A DNA stretch of 63,169 nucleotides, taken from Lapillicoccus sp. Its GTDB lineage: Bacteria > Actinomycetota > Actinomycetes > Actinomycetales > Dermatophilaceae. A program made the translations under genes and the position numbers. Under the pieces are notes generated by a model. It was not told the DNA's origin. It saw only the letters and a list, made by a program, of their open reading frames with translations, and did not search any database. Shown here piece by piece: positions 1-8,994 of this stretch (the first letter of the stretch is position 1; each line of letters begins with the position of its first letter). The DNA lies in the NCBI GenBank assembly GCA_035762725.1, contig DASTNV010000289.1:1-63169 (forward strand), written 5' to 3'.

Positions 1-1173
1 GGCGGCGCCGCCGTGCCGGCGCATCCGCCCGAGGATGCTTTCCCGCACCCCGAGCCGGTCGTCGCCGACGTCGCTCATCTCGAACCCGGGGCCGTGGTCG
101 CGAACGAACGCCTCCACGCCGGCAGGCCCGACCTCGACGTACGCCGACACCGGCGGCGACCCGTGGCGAACCGCGTTGAGCAGCGCCTCGCGGGTGGCCT
201 TGACCAGCGCCTGGCCGCCGTCGTCCATCGGCCGGTCGCCGGTGACGACGAGCTCGATCGGGGTGCCGTGCTCGTCCTCGACCTCATGAGTCACGGCGGT
301 CACGGCTGAGGCGAGGCTGTCCGAGGACCGGTTCTGGTCGGCGTAGAGCCACTCGCGCAGCTCGCGCTCCTGGGACCGCGCCAGCCGGATCACCGTGGCC
401 GGGTCGTCGGCCCGGCGCTGCACCAGCGCCAGGGTCTGCAGCACCGAGTCGTGCAGGTGGGCTGCAATGTCGGCGCGCTCGGTGGCCCGGATCCGCTCGG
501 TCTGCTCGGCCTGGAGCCCCTGCCACATCCGGACGACCCACGGCAGCGCAATGACCGTGGCGCCGACGAGAACCGCCACCGCCGCGAGGGCACTGGTCAG
601 CACCACGTCGAACCCCTGGCCCTGGGTCGCCAGGGCCACGACACCGACGGTCGCCAGGACTACGCCGATGACCGGCCGGGCGATGGCCAATGCACGCCCG
701 CGCTTCGACCGGCCGGCCCAGCGGGACCGCTCGTTCGTGTCGAGCTGCGACCAGGCGAGGAAGGCGCCGAAGGCCACCGCGATGACCGGCAGGAGGAACC
801 CCATCTGCCGCCCGAGCTGTCCGGCCGGACCGCCCCAACCGATCCCGATGACGAGCACCGCGGCGCCGATGACGAGCAGGACCTGGTTCTTGGTCAGCGC
901 CTTCTTCGGCCGCGCGACGGGAACTCCGTCCGGCGCCGAGGTGTCGGGTCGGGTCATCACCCAGAAGAAGCCGTAGACGAAGATCCCCGGCCCGGCGAGC
1001 GCCGCGAGGATCATCAGCAGCCGGACCAGACCGGAGCTGATGCCGAGGTGCTCGGCGATGCCGCCGCAAACCCCAGCGATCCAGCGGTCGCTCGACGACC
1101 GATAGAGCTTGGGACGCTCTACGGCCGGTGAGACGGCAGGCTGGGCCTCGGACACGCCTCCATACTCGCCCAT
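1..1173 (-). CDS. PspC-domain membrane sensor histidine kinase (partial, runs off left edge; alternative GTG start 1155)
   Basis: Not in the ORF track because it has no stop in the window. Manual translation: PKLYRSSSDRWIAGVCGGIAEHLG (PspC domain), TM segments, H-box IAAHLHDSVLQTLAL, HATPase EALLNAVRHG...VRDHGPGF. Confidence 0.88.
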   Translation of the reverse strand, partial: MGEYGGVSEAQPAVSPAVERPKLYRSSSDRWIAGVCGGIAEHLGISSGLVRLLMILAALAGPGIFVYGFFWVMTRPDTSAPDGVPVARPKKALTKNQVLLVIGAAVLVIGIGWGGPAGQLGRQMGFLLPVIAVAFGAFLAWSQLDTNERSRWAGRSKRGRALAIARPVIGVVLATVGVVALATQGQGFDVVLTSALAAVAVLVGATVIALPWVVRMWQGLQAEQTERIRATERADIAAHLHDSVLQTLALVQRRADDPATVIRLARSQERELREWLYADQNRSSDSLASAVTAVTHEVEDEHGTPIELVVTGDRPMDDGGQALVKATREALLNAVRHGSPPVSAYVEVGPAGVEAFVRDHGPGFEMSDVGDDRLGVRESILGRMRRHGGAA

Positions 1174-1196
1174 GCCAGCGGCCCTGGTAAGGCCGC

Positions 1197-1234
1197 TCGG
1201 GGTGGGTTCAGGGTGAGGTCAGGGTCGACCCTCA
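1197..1234. promoter_or_regulatory. Putative response-regulator operator array between divergent PspC genes
   Basis: TCRGGG at 1197, 1208 and 1219 (11-bp spacing), plus near-palindrome TCAGGG-TCGA-CCCTCA at 1219-1234. Confidence 0.55.
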
Positions 1235-1270
1235 TGGCTCGGGGGCGGCGCGCGCGGCCAGCATGGAGCC

Positions 1271-2512
1271 ATGGCCGAACCCAGCACGTCCAGCTCAGCC
1301 CGCTCCGGACTCGACGGGATGTTCTCGTCGCTGCGGGGCTTCGGCATCCGCCGCAACACGGACGACCGCTGGCTGGCCGGCGTCTGCTCCGGGATCGCCG
1401 ACCGCCTCGGCATCGACCCGTTGATCGTGCGTGGCGCCCTGATCGTGCTGCTCTTCGTCGGTGGGATCGGCGGCCTGGCCTACCTCATCGCCTGGGCGCT
1501 GCTGCCGGACCAGAATGGCCGGATCCTCGCCGAGGCCGCCCTCCACGGCGACGGCTGGGGGATCGCGCTCCTCGTCGTCATCGGTATCGCCCTGATCAGC
1601 AACATCTCCGACCGCTGGTGGCTGTGGACCATCCTCGTCCCGGTCGGCCTCCTGGTCTGGTGGGCCATCCACTCGGCCCGGCAGGGCAAGACGCCGGAGC
1701 AGATGAGCGAAGAGGCCCGCGAGTTCGGCAACAAGGTCGCCGCGACGTTCTCCCGGCCCCCCACGACCACGCCGACCGACTCATCCGCCACGTCGACCCC
1801 GGAGGCACCCACGGTGTCCACCACCGCCCCTCCGCACGCCATGGGTCCGGGCCGCACCGGCACCGTCGTCGCCCCCGAGCGGGTCGTCCACCGCGCTCGA
1901 CGGCGTGGGGGCTTCCTCGGCCTGCTACTCACCGCCGGCCTCGCCGTCACGGGGTACGGCCTCGGCACCTGGTATGCCGGCGAGAGCGGCTTCTCGGGGT
2001 CTCCTGAGGTTCTCGCCGCCGGGGTCGCCATCGTCGGTGCCGGCCTGGCCTTGCTCCTCATCGGCCTCGCCGGGCGCCGCGCGGGCTTCACCGTCTTCCT
2101 CGTAACGATCGCCGCGCTGGCCACCGTTGCGGGGACGTCGGTCCCCAACCTCCCTCAGGGTGGTGTGGGCGAACGTCAGTGGGTCGCCCTGTCGCAGCCG
2201 GCCGGCGGGTTCAGCCTCACCGCGGGCGAGGCGAAGCTCAACCTGGACGGGATGACGGGCGGAACCCCGGTCAACGTCTCGATGGGCTTCGGCCAGCTCA
2301 ACATCAGCGTGCCCAAGGACACCACCGCCACCATCGTCCCGAACGTCAAGGCCGGCCAGATCGTCGTGCACCGGCCGGGTGAGGACAAGGCCGTCCACAG
2401 CGGCGTCAACGCCGAGAACGCGCAGCCGATCACCGTCGGCAGCGGCCCCAACGCCGTCACCGTGAACGTCACGATGGTGGGCGGCGAGATCGTCGTCACC
2501 CAGGAGTCCTGA
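1271..2512 (+). CDS. PspC domain-containing membrane protein with C-terminal beta-rich (LiaF/DUF2154-like) region
   Basis: RRNTDDRWLAGVCSGIADRLGIDPLIVR PspC motif, several TM helices, C-terminal GEAKLNL..VSMGFGQLNISVP. Confidence 0.85.
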   Translation: MAEPSTSSSARSGLDGMFSSLRGFGIRRNTDDRWLAGVCSGIADRLGIDPLIVRGALIVLLFVGGIGGLAYLIAWALLPDQNGRILAEAALHGDGWGIALLVVIGIALISNISDRWWLWTILVPVGLLVWWAIHSARQGKTPEQMSEEAREFGNKVAATFSRPPTTTPTDSSATSTPEAPTVSTTAPPHAMGPGRTGTVVAPERVVHRARRRGGFLGLLLTAGLAVTGYGLGTWYAGESGFSGSPEVLAAGVAIVGAGLALLLIGLAGRRAGFTVFLVTIAALATVAGTSVPNLPQGGVGERQWVALSQPAGGFSLTAGEAKLNLDGMTGGTPVNVSMGFGQLNISVPKDTTATIVPNVKAGQIVVHRPGEDKAVHSGVNAENAQPITVGSGPNAVTVNVTMVGGEIVVTQES

Positions 2513-3006
2513 TGACCGACCCCACTGCCCCAACGCCCCAGGACGCCGACACCACCCAGGCCGTCCCCACCGAGGCGACCCAGCACCTTCCCGCCCAGGG
2601 AACCGGCTCCACGGCCTGGACCACGTGGGTCCCCGCGTCCGAGCAGCGTCCACCGAGCGCGCCGAGTACCTGGTCGCCCCCACCGGGCGGAAGTCCGTGG
2701 ACCCCGCCGCCGGCACCGCCGACCACTCCGGCACCGGTCGCCACACCGGCCCCGATGGCCCCACCGGCTCAGCCCACGCCGAAGCCTCATGTGACCTACC
2801 TGCCGCCGCCCTCCGGTCCTAACTGGGGCCTCGTCCTCATCGGCGTCGTCTTCGGGCTGGTCGGAGCGGGCGTCGTCGCGAACCAGCTGACGGGGTTCCA
2901 GATCTCGAGTGTCAGCGAGATGGGTCCGAGCGTCCTCGTCCTCGGCGGCCTCGCCTGCGCGCTGCTGGGGCTGGTCGGCATCCTCACCCGCCGTCGCCGG
3001 GGCTGA
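2512..3006 (+). CDS. Pro-rich membrane protein, third gene of the PspC locus
   Basis: TGATG overlap with the upstream gene; Pro/Thr-rich N-terminus and two C-terminal TM helices. Confidence 0.75.
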   Translation: MTDPTAPTPQDADTTQAVPTEATQHLPAQGTGSTAWTTWVPASEQRPPSAPSTWSPPPGGSPWTPPPAPPTTPAPVATPAPMAPPAQPTPKPHVTYLPPPSGPNWGLVLIGVVFGLVGAGVVANQLTGFQISSVSEMGPSVLVLGGLACALLGLVGILTRRRRG

Positions 3007-3688
3007 GGTCGGCCAGCAGCTCGCGCGTGCCCACCGCCAGCGGCAGCCCGTCCAGTTCCGCCGGCGCGAACCACGCCGAGGCCGCTGTCGTCCCGTTGAC
3101 GTCATGAACCACGGGTTCCGTGGGCGACGGACACGTCGCGAGATACACGAGTCGAACCGCGTGAAAGTCCTCCAGCCGACCGCTCGGCGCGCGCCCGACC
3201 CAGTGCCGCGTCGTCACCGCACCGATCCGGTCGACCTCCACGCGCTGGCCGGTCTCCTCCCACACCTCGCGGTGCAGGGCCGCTTCGGGCTGCTCGCCGG
3301 GGTCGAGCCCGCCGCCGGGGAAGCCCCAGGTACCGGCCGCATTGGTGAGCGCGGAGTTCTGGGCGAGCAGGACCCCTCGCGCGCTCCAGACGATCGCGTA
3401 CACCGCCACCCGCTGCAGGACCACCGGCTCCTCACCCGGCTCGAGCCGAAGGCCCTCATCCCGGGGCACCTCGCCGTCCTTCCGGAGCGTCCCGGATCCG
3501 GCCAGGACCTCGTAGAAGACCGAAACCGTATGCGGGTTCGCCTCTCCCACAACGAGACTCGGGCCTTGCGCCGCATACCCTTGGCGAGCCAGCAGGCGCA
3601 GCGGGTCGTCCCCGTGGGCCAGCCGCTCCCGGACCCGTTCGACACCGGAACCGTCGACGCCGACGACCCAGACCGCCGTACCGCTCAC
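2984..3688 (-). CDS. NUDIX hydrolase
   Basis: Nudix box GGGLDPGEQPEAALHREVWEETG; GTG start overlaps the GT4 stop (GTGA). Confidence 0.85.
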   Translation of the reverse strand: MSGTAVWVVGVDGSGVERVRERLAHGDDPLRLLARQGYAAQGPSLVVGEANPHTVSVFYEVLAGSGTLRKDGEVPRDEGLRLEPGEEPVVLQRVAVYAIVWSARGVLLAQNSALTNAAGTWGFPGGGLDPGEQPEAALHREVWEETGQRVEVDRIGAVTTRHWVGRAPSGRLEDFHAVRLVYLATCPSPTEPVVHDVNGTTAASAWFAPAELDGLPLAVGTRELLADLSPGDGG

Positions 3689-4812
3689 GCGCGGACCGCG
3701 GCCCCGACCGCGCGGAGGTACTCCGCCTCCGCCAGCTCGGCCACCTGCGGCCAGTCCTGCACCGGCGGCTGGTCGAGGTTGTGAGCACGCATCCGAGCGC
3801 GCAGCGCGTCGTCGGCCGCGAGCCGCGCGAGCGCCACCCCCATCGCGTCGTCGTCCCCCGCGAGGAACCCGTTCACCCCGTCCTCGACGAACTCCCCCAC
3901 TCCCGAACCCGACCTCGCGACCACCGGCAGCCCGCTGGTCCGGGCCTCGAGGGCGGCGATCCCGAACGACTCGAGGCGGGCCGGCGAGATGTAGACGTCC
4001 GCAGTCGCGTACCGCTCGCGCACCGACGACCGGGGAACCCGCCCCGGCAGACTCACCCACGAAGCCATGTCGTGCTCCGCCAGGTACCGCTCGACGCTTC
4101 CCCGGTCCGGTCCCTCACCCAGGACCTCCAGCGCAATCCGGCGGTCCGGCGGCACCACCGAGCGCACCTCTCGCATCACCCGCATCAGCGGCACCGGCCG
4201 TTTCCGGTTGGCGAGCCGCATCGCCGTGACGAACCGCACCACCCCGTCGTCGGGGCGCGCCGACACCGGCCGCCACGCCGCCACGTCGATCCCGTTGGGC
4301 AGCACGGCGACCGGACCAGCCGAGCCCAGCACCCGCCGCAACGGAGCCGCCGCGACATCGGACACCGCGCTCATCGCCATCCCCCGCGCGGCCCAGCGGC
4401 GGACCACTCCGAGCAACGAGACCACGGACGCGAACCGGTCGAGCATGCAGTGCCAGGTCATCGCCGTAGGCAGGCCGAGCCGCATGGTCAGGAACGCCGA
4501 GTCGACCGCGAACGGGCTCACCACCCCCATGTGCACGTGGGCTACGTCGAACGCAGCCAGCCGGTCGCGCATCCGCAGCGGGGCCAGCGGGTTGACCGGC
4601 AGGTCCCACGGCAGCCGGAGCGCCATCCGGTGCACGGTGATCCCGTCGACCTCCTCGGTGGCGCCGTGCCGCTCCCCGTGCGTTCCGGGAGTCGCCGTGA
4701 AGACTTCCACGTGGTGCCCACGCGCCGTGAGCTGCGCCGCAAGGTCGTGGACCTGGACCTCGATCCCGCCGAGCCGCGGCAGGTAGCAGTCCGACAGGAG
4801 GGCGACCTTCAC
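3685..4812 (-). CDS. Glycosyltransferase family 4 (GT-B)
   Basis: VKVALLSDCYLPRLGGIEVQV N-terminus; ESFGIAALEA (EX7E); VLPNGID. Confidence 0.9.
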   Translation of the reverse strand: MKVALLSDCYLPRLGGIEVQVHDLAAQLTARGHHVEVFTATPGTHGERHGATEEVDGITVHRMALRLPWDLPVNPLAPLRMRDRLAAFDVAHVHMGVVSPFAVDSAFLTMRLGLPTAMTWHCMLDRFASVVSLLGVVRRWAARGMAMSAVSDVAAAPLRRVLGSAGPVAVLPNGIDVAAWRPVSARPDDGVVRFVTAMRLANRKRPVPLMRVMREVRSVVPPDRRIALEVLGEGPDRGSVERYLAEHDMASWVSLPGRVPRSSVRERYATADVYISPARLESFGIAALEARTSGLPVVARSGSGVGEFVEDGVNGFLAGDDDAMGVALARLAADDALRARMRAHNLDQPPVQDWPQVAELAEAEYLRAVGAAVRA

Positions 4813-4848
4813 GGTTCCGAGGATGTCATGGGTCAGAATGGCGACCAC

Positions 4849-5667
4849 ATGGCACGGACACTGGTGGCGTTCCACGCCCACCCCGACGACGAGGCGCTGC
4901 TCACCTCCGGCACGATGGCGCGGGCCGCCGCCGAGGGTCACCGCGTCGTCCTCGTCGTCGCGACGGACGGCGGTCTCGGGCTCGCCGCGTCCGAGTTCGT
5001 CGGGCCCAGCGACACCAAGCTGGGCTCGGTCCGGATGGCCGAGCTCCAGGCCAGTGCCCACGCACTCGGCACCGCCCGCGTCGAGACCCTCGGGTATGCG
5101 GACAGCGGGCTCGGTCCTGAGACCCTGCCGGACCCGCCGGGCCGGGTCCGGTTCGTTCGAGCGGACCCCGAGGAGGCCGCGGAGCGGCTGGCCGCCATCC
5201 TTCGCGAGGAGCAGGCCGACGTGCTGCTGACCTACGACGCGAACGGCGGCTACGGCCACCGCGACCACGTCAAGGTCCACCACGTCGGAGCCCGCGCGGC
5301 CGAGCTGGCCGGCACCCCGCGCGTGCTGCAGGCCACCGTGCCGCGAGATCTCATCGTCCGCGCGATCCGGTTGGCCACCAAGGTGTACCGGTTCCCCCCG
5401 GAGTTCGACCCGACGTCGTTCGAGCGGGCCTACAGCCCGAAGGCCGCGGTCACCCACCGGATCGGGGTCCGCCGGTATGCGTCGCAGAAGCGGGCGTCGA
5501 TGCGCGCCCATGCGTCGCAGGCCTCGGCCGACGGCGGAGCCGACCGGACGCTGGCCGCCTTCCTGCGCATACCGCGTCCGCTGTTCGACCTCGTCTTCGG
5601 GCGGGAGTGGTACGTCGACGCCGCGCGGCCGGCCGGAGCGGGGGTGGCCCGTGGCATCTTCGACTGA
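4849..5667 (+). CDS. PIG-L/LmbE family N-acetylglucosaminyl deacetylase
   Basis: AFHAHPDDE, GGYGHRDH and KRASMRAHASQ motifs. Confidence 0.9.
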   Translation: MARTLVAFHAHPDDEALLTSGTMARAAAEGHRVVLVVATDGGLGLAASEFVGPSDTKLGSVRMAELQASAHALGTARVETLGYADSGLGPETLPDPPGRVRFVRADPEEAAERLAAILREEQADVLLTYDANGGYGHRDHVKVHHVGARAAELAGTPRVLQATVPRDLIVRAIRLATKVYRFPPEFDPTSFERAYSPKAAVTHRIGVRRYASQKRASMRAHASQASADGGADRTLAAFLRIPRPLFDLVFGREWYVDAARPAGAGVARGIFD

Positions 5668-6757
5668 GATCAGCGCTCCCGCCGTCGCCGTGTCGGAACC
5701 GCGCAAGCGGCGGGTCCCCTGGCTGCGCGCGCTCCAGGTCGTCGGCGGGCTCGGGCTGGCGGTCGGCCTGCTCGGCTGGGCGCTGCCCTACTTCGCCCAC
5801 ACGACGTGGGGCGACGTGTGGGCCGTCCTGCGCGGGATCCCGCTGACCACTGCCTTCGGGCTGTTCCTGCTCATGGTGCTCGGTCTGTGGCTCTACACCT
5901 TCACGTTCACCGGTTCGCTCCCCCACCTGCCGCACGTCAAGGCGTTCATCGTCAACATCTGCGGCTCGGCGGTCGGCAACCTGCTGCCGGCCGGCGGCGC
6001 GGCGGGGGCGGCCGCGACCTACAAGCAGCTGCGGTCATGGGGCCACTCGCGGCGGGCCATCTCGACCTCGCTCATCGTCACCGGCGTCTGGAACATCATG
6101 GCCCGGCTGTTGCTCCCGATCATCGGCATCGCGCTGATGCTCTTCTTCGCCGGTGACCTCAACCCGGCGGTGATGCGGGCCGCGGCGATCGGCGCGGTCG
6201 GTGGCGTCATCGTGCTCGCCGTCTTCATCACCATGCTCGCCTCGGAGAACGCCTGCCGGGTCATCGGGCGCTGGCTGGAGCGGACTTTCCGGTTCCTCCC
6301 GTTCGTCCGGAACGCGGAGCCGAGCCTCGGGCAGCACGTCCTCGACCAGCGCCACCAGACGATCGCCGTGGTCCGGCACGGCTGGCTCTCGATGACCTTC
6401 GGGCTGGTCGGCTTCTTCGGGATGAACTACCTGCTGTTCTGGTTCTGCATGAACACCGTGGGAGTGCAGTTCGCGTTCCCCTACATGTTCTTCGCCTTTG
6501 CCCTGAGCCGGCTGCTGACCAGCGTCACCGTGACTCCGGGCGGCGTCGGCGTGTCCGAGACCGGCGTCGCCGCACTACTCGTCGGCTGGGGTGCCGACCC
6601 CGCCCAGGCCACGGCGGGGGTCGTCCTCTACTCGCTGTACGTCCACTTCCTCGAGGTACCGCTGGGCGCCATCGGCTGGCTCGCATGGTGGCTCGGCCCG
6701 AAAGCGGATCAGTCCCAGGGCGTTTCGTTGCCGGTCACGAGCGGCACGAACACGTAG
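5651..6757 (+). CDS. YbhN/LPG-synthase TM (flippase-like) membrane protein
   Basis: Polytopic; NLLPAGGAAG and VTPGGVGVSE motifs typical of the LPG_synthase_TM family. Start approximate. Confidence 0.8.
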   Translation: MASSTEISAPAVAVSEPRKRRVPWLRALQVVGGLGLAVGLLGWALPYFAHTTWGDVWAVLRGIPLTTAFGLFLLMVLGLWLYTFTFTGSLPHLPHVKAFIVNICGSAVGNLLPAGGAAGAAATYKQLRSWGHSRRAISTSLIVTGVWNIMARLLLPIIGIALMLFFAGDLNPAVMRAAAIGAVGGVIVLAVFITMLASENACRVIGRWLERTFRFLPFVRNAEPSLGQHVLDQRHQTIAVVRHGWLSMTFGLVGFFGMNYLLFWFCMNTVGVQFAFPYMFFAFALSRLLTSVTVTPGGVGVSETGVAALLVGWGADPAQATAGVVLYSLYVHFLEVPLGAIGWLAWWLGPKADQSQGVSLPVTSGTNT

Positions 6758-7317
6758 CAGCCGAGGTCCTCCTGCCGGCCGAGCGCGTCGACGCGTAGCA
6801 GCTGGCCCTCGACGGGCACGACCATGAGGCCACTGCCGTCGAGCTGGTCGACCAGCTCGCGGGGAACCTCGTGGGCCTGCGCCGACACGAGGATCCGGTC
6901 GAACGGCGCCTCCTCGGGCAGGCCGAGCACGGGTCCGGCCCGGCGCACCGTCGCCCACGGCAGGCCGGCGGCCGCCACCGCACGACCACCGTCGTCGACG
7001 AGCTCCGCGATCCGTTCCACACCGACCACGCGCCCGGTCTCCCCGACCAGGCGGGCGAGCAGCACCGTCGTCCAGCCGGACCCGGAGCCCACGTCGAGGA
7101 CGCGCATACCGGGTCGAACCCGCAGCGCCCGCAGCATCGCCCGTACCGTGGTCGGCTGACTGTTGGTCTGCCCGTAGCCGATCGGCAGCGCACGGTCGAG
7201 GTCGGCGTACTGCTGCTGTCCCCGGGGCAGGTGGTTGGCGCGCGGGGTCGCCGCGATCGCCGCCTCGACGGCGTCGCGTTCCGTCTTCCCCGCAGGGGTG
7301 GCGTGACGCCAGCCCAT
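6709..7317 (-). CDS. pcm: Protein-L-isoaspartate O-methyltransferase
   Basis: LPIGYGQTNSQP, VLDVGSGSGW, APFDRILVSA. Confidence 0.88.
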   Translation of the reverse strand: MGWRHATPAGKTERDAVEAAIAATPRANHLPRGQQQYADLDRALPIGYGQTNSQPTTVRAMLRALRVRPGMRVLDVGSGSGWTTVLLARLVGETGRVVGVERIAELVDDGGRAVAAAGLPWATVRRAGPVLGLPEEAPFDRILVSAQAHEVPRELVDQLDGSGLMVVPVEGQLLRVDALGRQEDLGCYVFVPLVTGNETPWD

Positions 7318-7338
7318 CCAGTGAGTATGCCGCCGTCG

Positions 7339-8580
7339 TCAGCTTCGCGCAGCCCGCTCGCCGGCGACCACCCGGCCGGCCTGCACGACGTAGGCCAGGC
7401 GGCTCTCGGCCAGCACGGTGATATCGGCCACCGGATCCGTGTCGGTGATCACGAGGTCGCCGGCCGCACCCGGCGCCACCACGCCCAGCTCGCCCTCGCG
7501 CTGGAGCAGTGCCGCCGCCACCGTCGTCGCGCCGCGGATGACGTCGATCGTGGGGATGGTCCGCGCGCGGATCGCGAGCTCGCGGGCCTGGTACCGGTGC
7601 ATGCCGCCGAGCAGGTCGGTCCCGTATGCGGGGTTGACGCCGGCCGCGTGGGCCCGGCCGAGCGCGTCGTGGGCCTGGTCGAGAATCGCTGCGACCTTGG
7701 CCCAGCTGTCCTGCGAGAGGCCGTGGTCGCGGCCCTCCTCCTGGAGCGCCCAGTAGGTCACGAGGTTCATCGTGAGGAACGCTCCGTGCTCCTTGACGAC
7801 GGCCAGCGCCTCGTCGTCGACGAGGTTCGCGTGCTCGATGCCGCGAACGCCGGCCTGGACGGCGCGGGCGATCGCCCGACCGGTGTAGGCGTGCGCGGTC
7901 ACGTACCGGTAGGCCGCCTCGGCCTCCTCGACCACCGCCTCGATCTCGGCGACCGAGTACTGCGTCGAGTCGATCCGGTCGGTGGGTGACGCCACACCGC
8001 CGCTGGCCATGATCTTCACGTGGTGAGCGCCCTTGCGGAGCTCGTCCCGCGCGGCGATCCGGACCGCCGTGACGCCGTCGGCAATGCGGCTGATCCCCGG
8101 GCGGGTCGGGTGGTACTCGTCGGCGACCTGACCTCGCGACCGCGGATCGCCGTGACCCCCGGTCTGCGAAAGTGCCTTGCCACCGAAGAAGATTCGCGGA
8201 CCGCGGACCAGGCCCTCGCGCTGAGCGTCGTGGATCCCGTAGTCGGCGCCGCCCACGTCGCGGACCGTCGTGAACCCCCGCTCGAGCATGCCGTCGAGGA
8301 TGCGAGCCGTCCCGAACGCCACGTAGGTCGGCGAGAGCTCGGGGAGGTGGGCGAGGTCGGCCGTCACCGCAGTGACGTGGACGTGCGCGTCGATGAGGCC
8401 GGGCAGGACGTAACGACCGGTCGCGTCGAGGGTGTCGACGCCGGGGTTCGGCTCCAGCTGCGGGCCGACCTCGGTGATGAACCCGTCCCGGATCCGGACG
8501 TCGCCGGTGCGCCACTCGCCCGTAACGACATCGAGGAACTGACCGCCATGGACGAGGAGGTCGCCGGGGCTGGCCGTCAT
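7339..8580 (-). CDS. Metal-dependent amidohydrolase (Xaa-Pro dipeptidase-like)
   Basis: LPGLIDAHVH, GFTTVRDVGG, KIMASGGVASP, AHAY, IEHAN, YGTD. Confidence 0.88.
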   Translation of the reverse strand: MTASPGDLLVHGGQFLDVVTGEWRTGDVRIRDGFITEVGPQLEPNPGVDTLDATGRYVLPGLIDAHVHVTAVTADLAHLPELSPTYVAFGTARILDGMLERGFTTVRDVGGADYGIHDAQREGLVRGPRIFFGGKALSQTGGHGDPRSRGQVADEYHPTRPGISRIADGVTAVRIAARDELRKGAHHVKIMASGGVASPTDRIDSTQYSVAEIEAVVEEAEAAYRYVTAHAYTGRAIARAVQAGVRGIEHANLVDDEALAVVKEHGAFLTMNLVTYWALQEEGRDHGLSQDSWAKVAAILDQAHDALGRAHAAGVNPAYGTDLLGGMHRYQARELAIRARTIPTIDVIRGATTVAAALLQREGELGVVAPGAAGDLVITDTDPVADITVLAESRLAYVVQAGRVVAGERAARS

Positions 8581-8603
8581 GCCGACATGCATACCGGATC
8601 GAA

Positions 8604-8690
8604 GCCCCGCGGCCCCCTGACCGCGGGGCCCGGCGGCGCCCCGGCACACCCCCCAATGCGTGCCGGGGCGCCGTGAGCGCCCCCCGAGGT
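8604..8690 (+). ncRNA. Candidate structured RNA with two hairpins and C-rich loops (6C-RNA-like)
   Basis: Stem GCCCCGCGG/CCGCGGGGC (8604-8629, loop CCCCCTGA); 14-bp stem 8634-8647/8660-8673 with loop ACCCCCCAATGC; third C6 run at 8680-8685. Confidence 0.35.
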
Positions 8691-8824
8691 GGTCGTGGAC
8701 GCACGCCCCACAGCGAACGGTAGACCGGTCCGCCAGCCCGTCCCATCGTCCGATCGGCCGACCGGCCCGTAGGTGGTCCGGATGAGTCATTCCGCTGGAC
8801 GCTTCGGCAAGTCAGGCTCGATTC

Positions 8825-8986
8825 ATGCCCACAGACCGGGGCGACGACACCCGGTTGACCGATGCGCGACTGGCAGCCGAGATCGAGCTGCTCGGCCGGG
8901 TGATCGCCATCGCCGCCGAGCACGATAGCGCTCTCACCGCCGCCGAGGTCGACGAGGCGCTGGGGCCAGCGGACGACGAGGACTGA
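8825..8986 (+). CDS. Small acidic hypothetical protein (53 aa)
   Basis: Manual translation MPTDRGDDTRLTDARLAAEIELLGRVIAIAAEHDSALTAAEVDEALGPADDED; GC3-rich codons; fills an intergenic gap; below the ORF-track cutoff. Confidence 0.6.
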   Translation: MPTDRGDDTRLTDARLAAEIELLGRVIAIAAEHDSALTAAEVDEALGPADDED

Positions 8987-8994
8987 GCCGGAGC

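Noticed and set aside
4849-5667. Calling the PIG-L protein mshB or mca
   Set aside because: The family motifs are shared, but the GT4/flippase context argues against a mycothiol-specific assignment.
6575-8923. 782-aa ORF and many other long Arg/Pro/Gly-rich ORFs in the track
   Set aside because: Off-frame or antisense shadows typical of high-GC DNA; they overlap genes with clear motifs.
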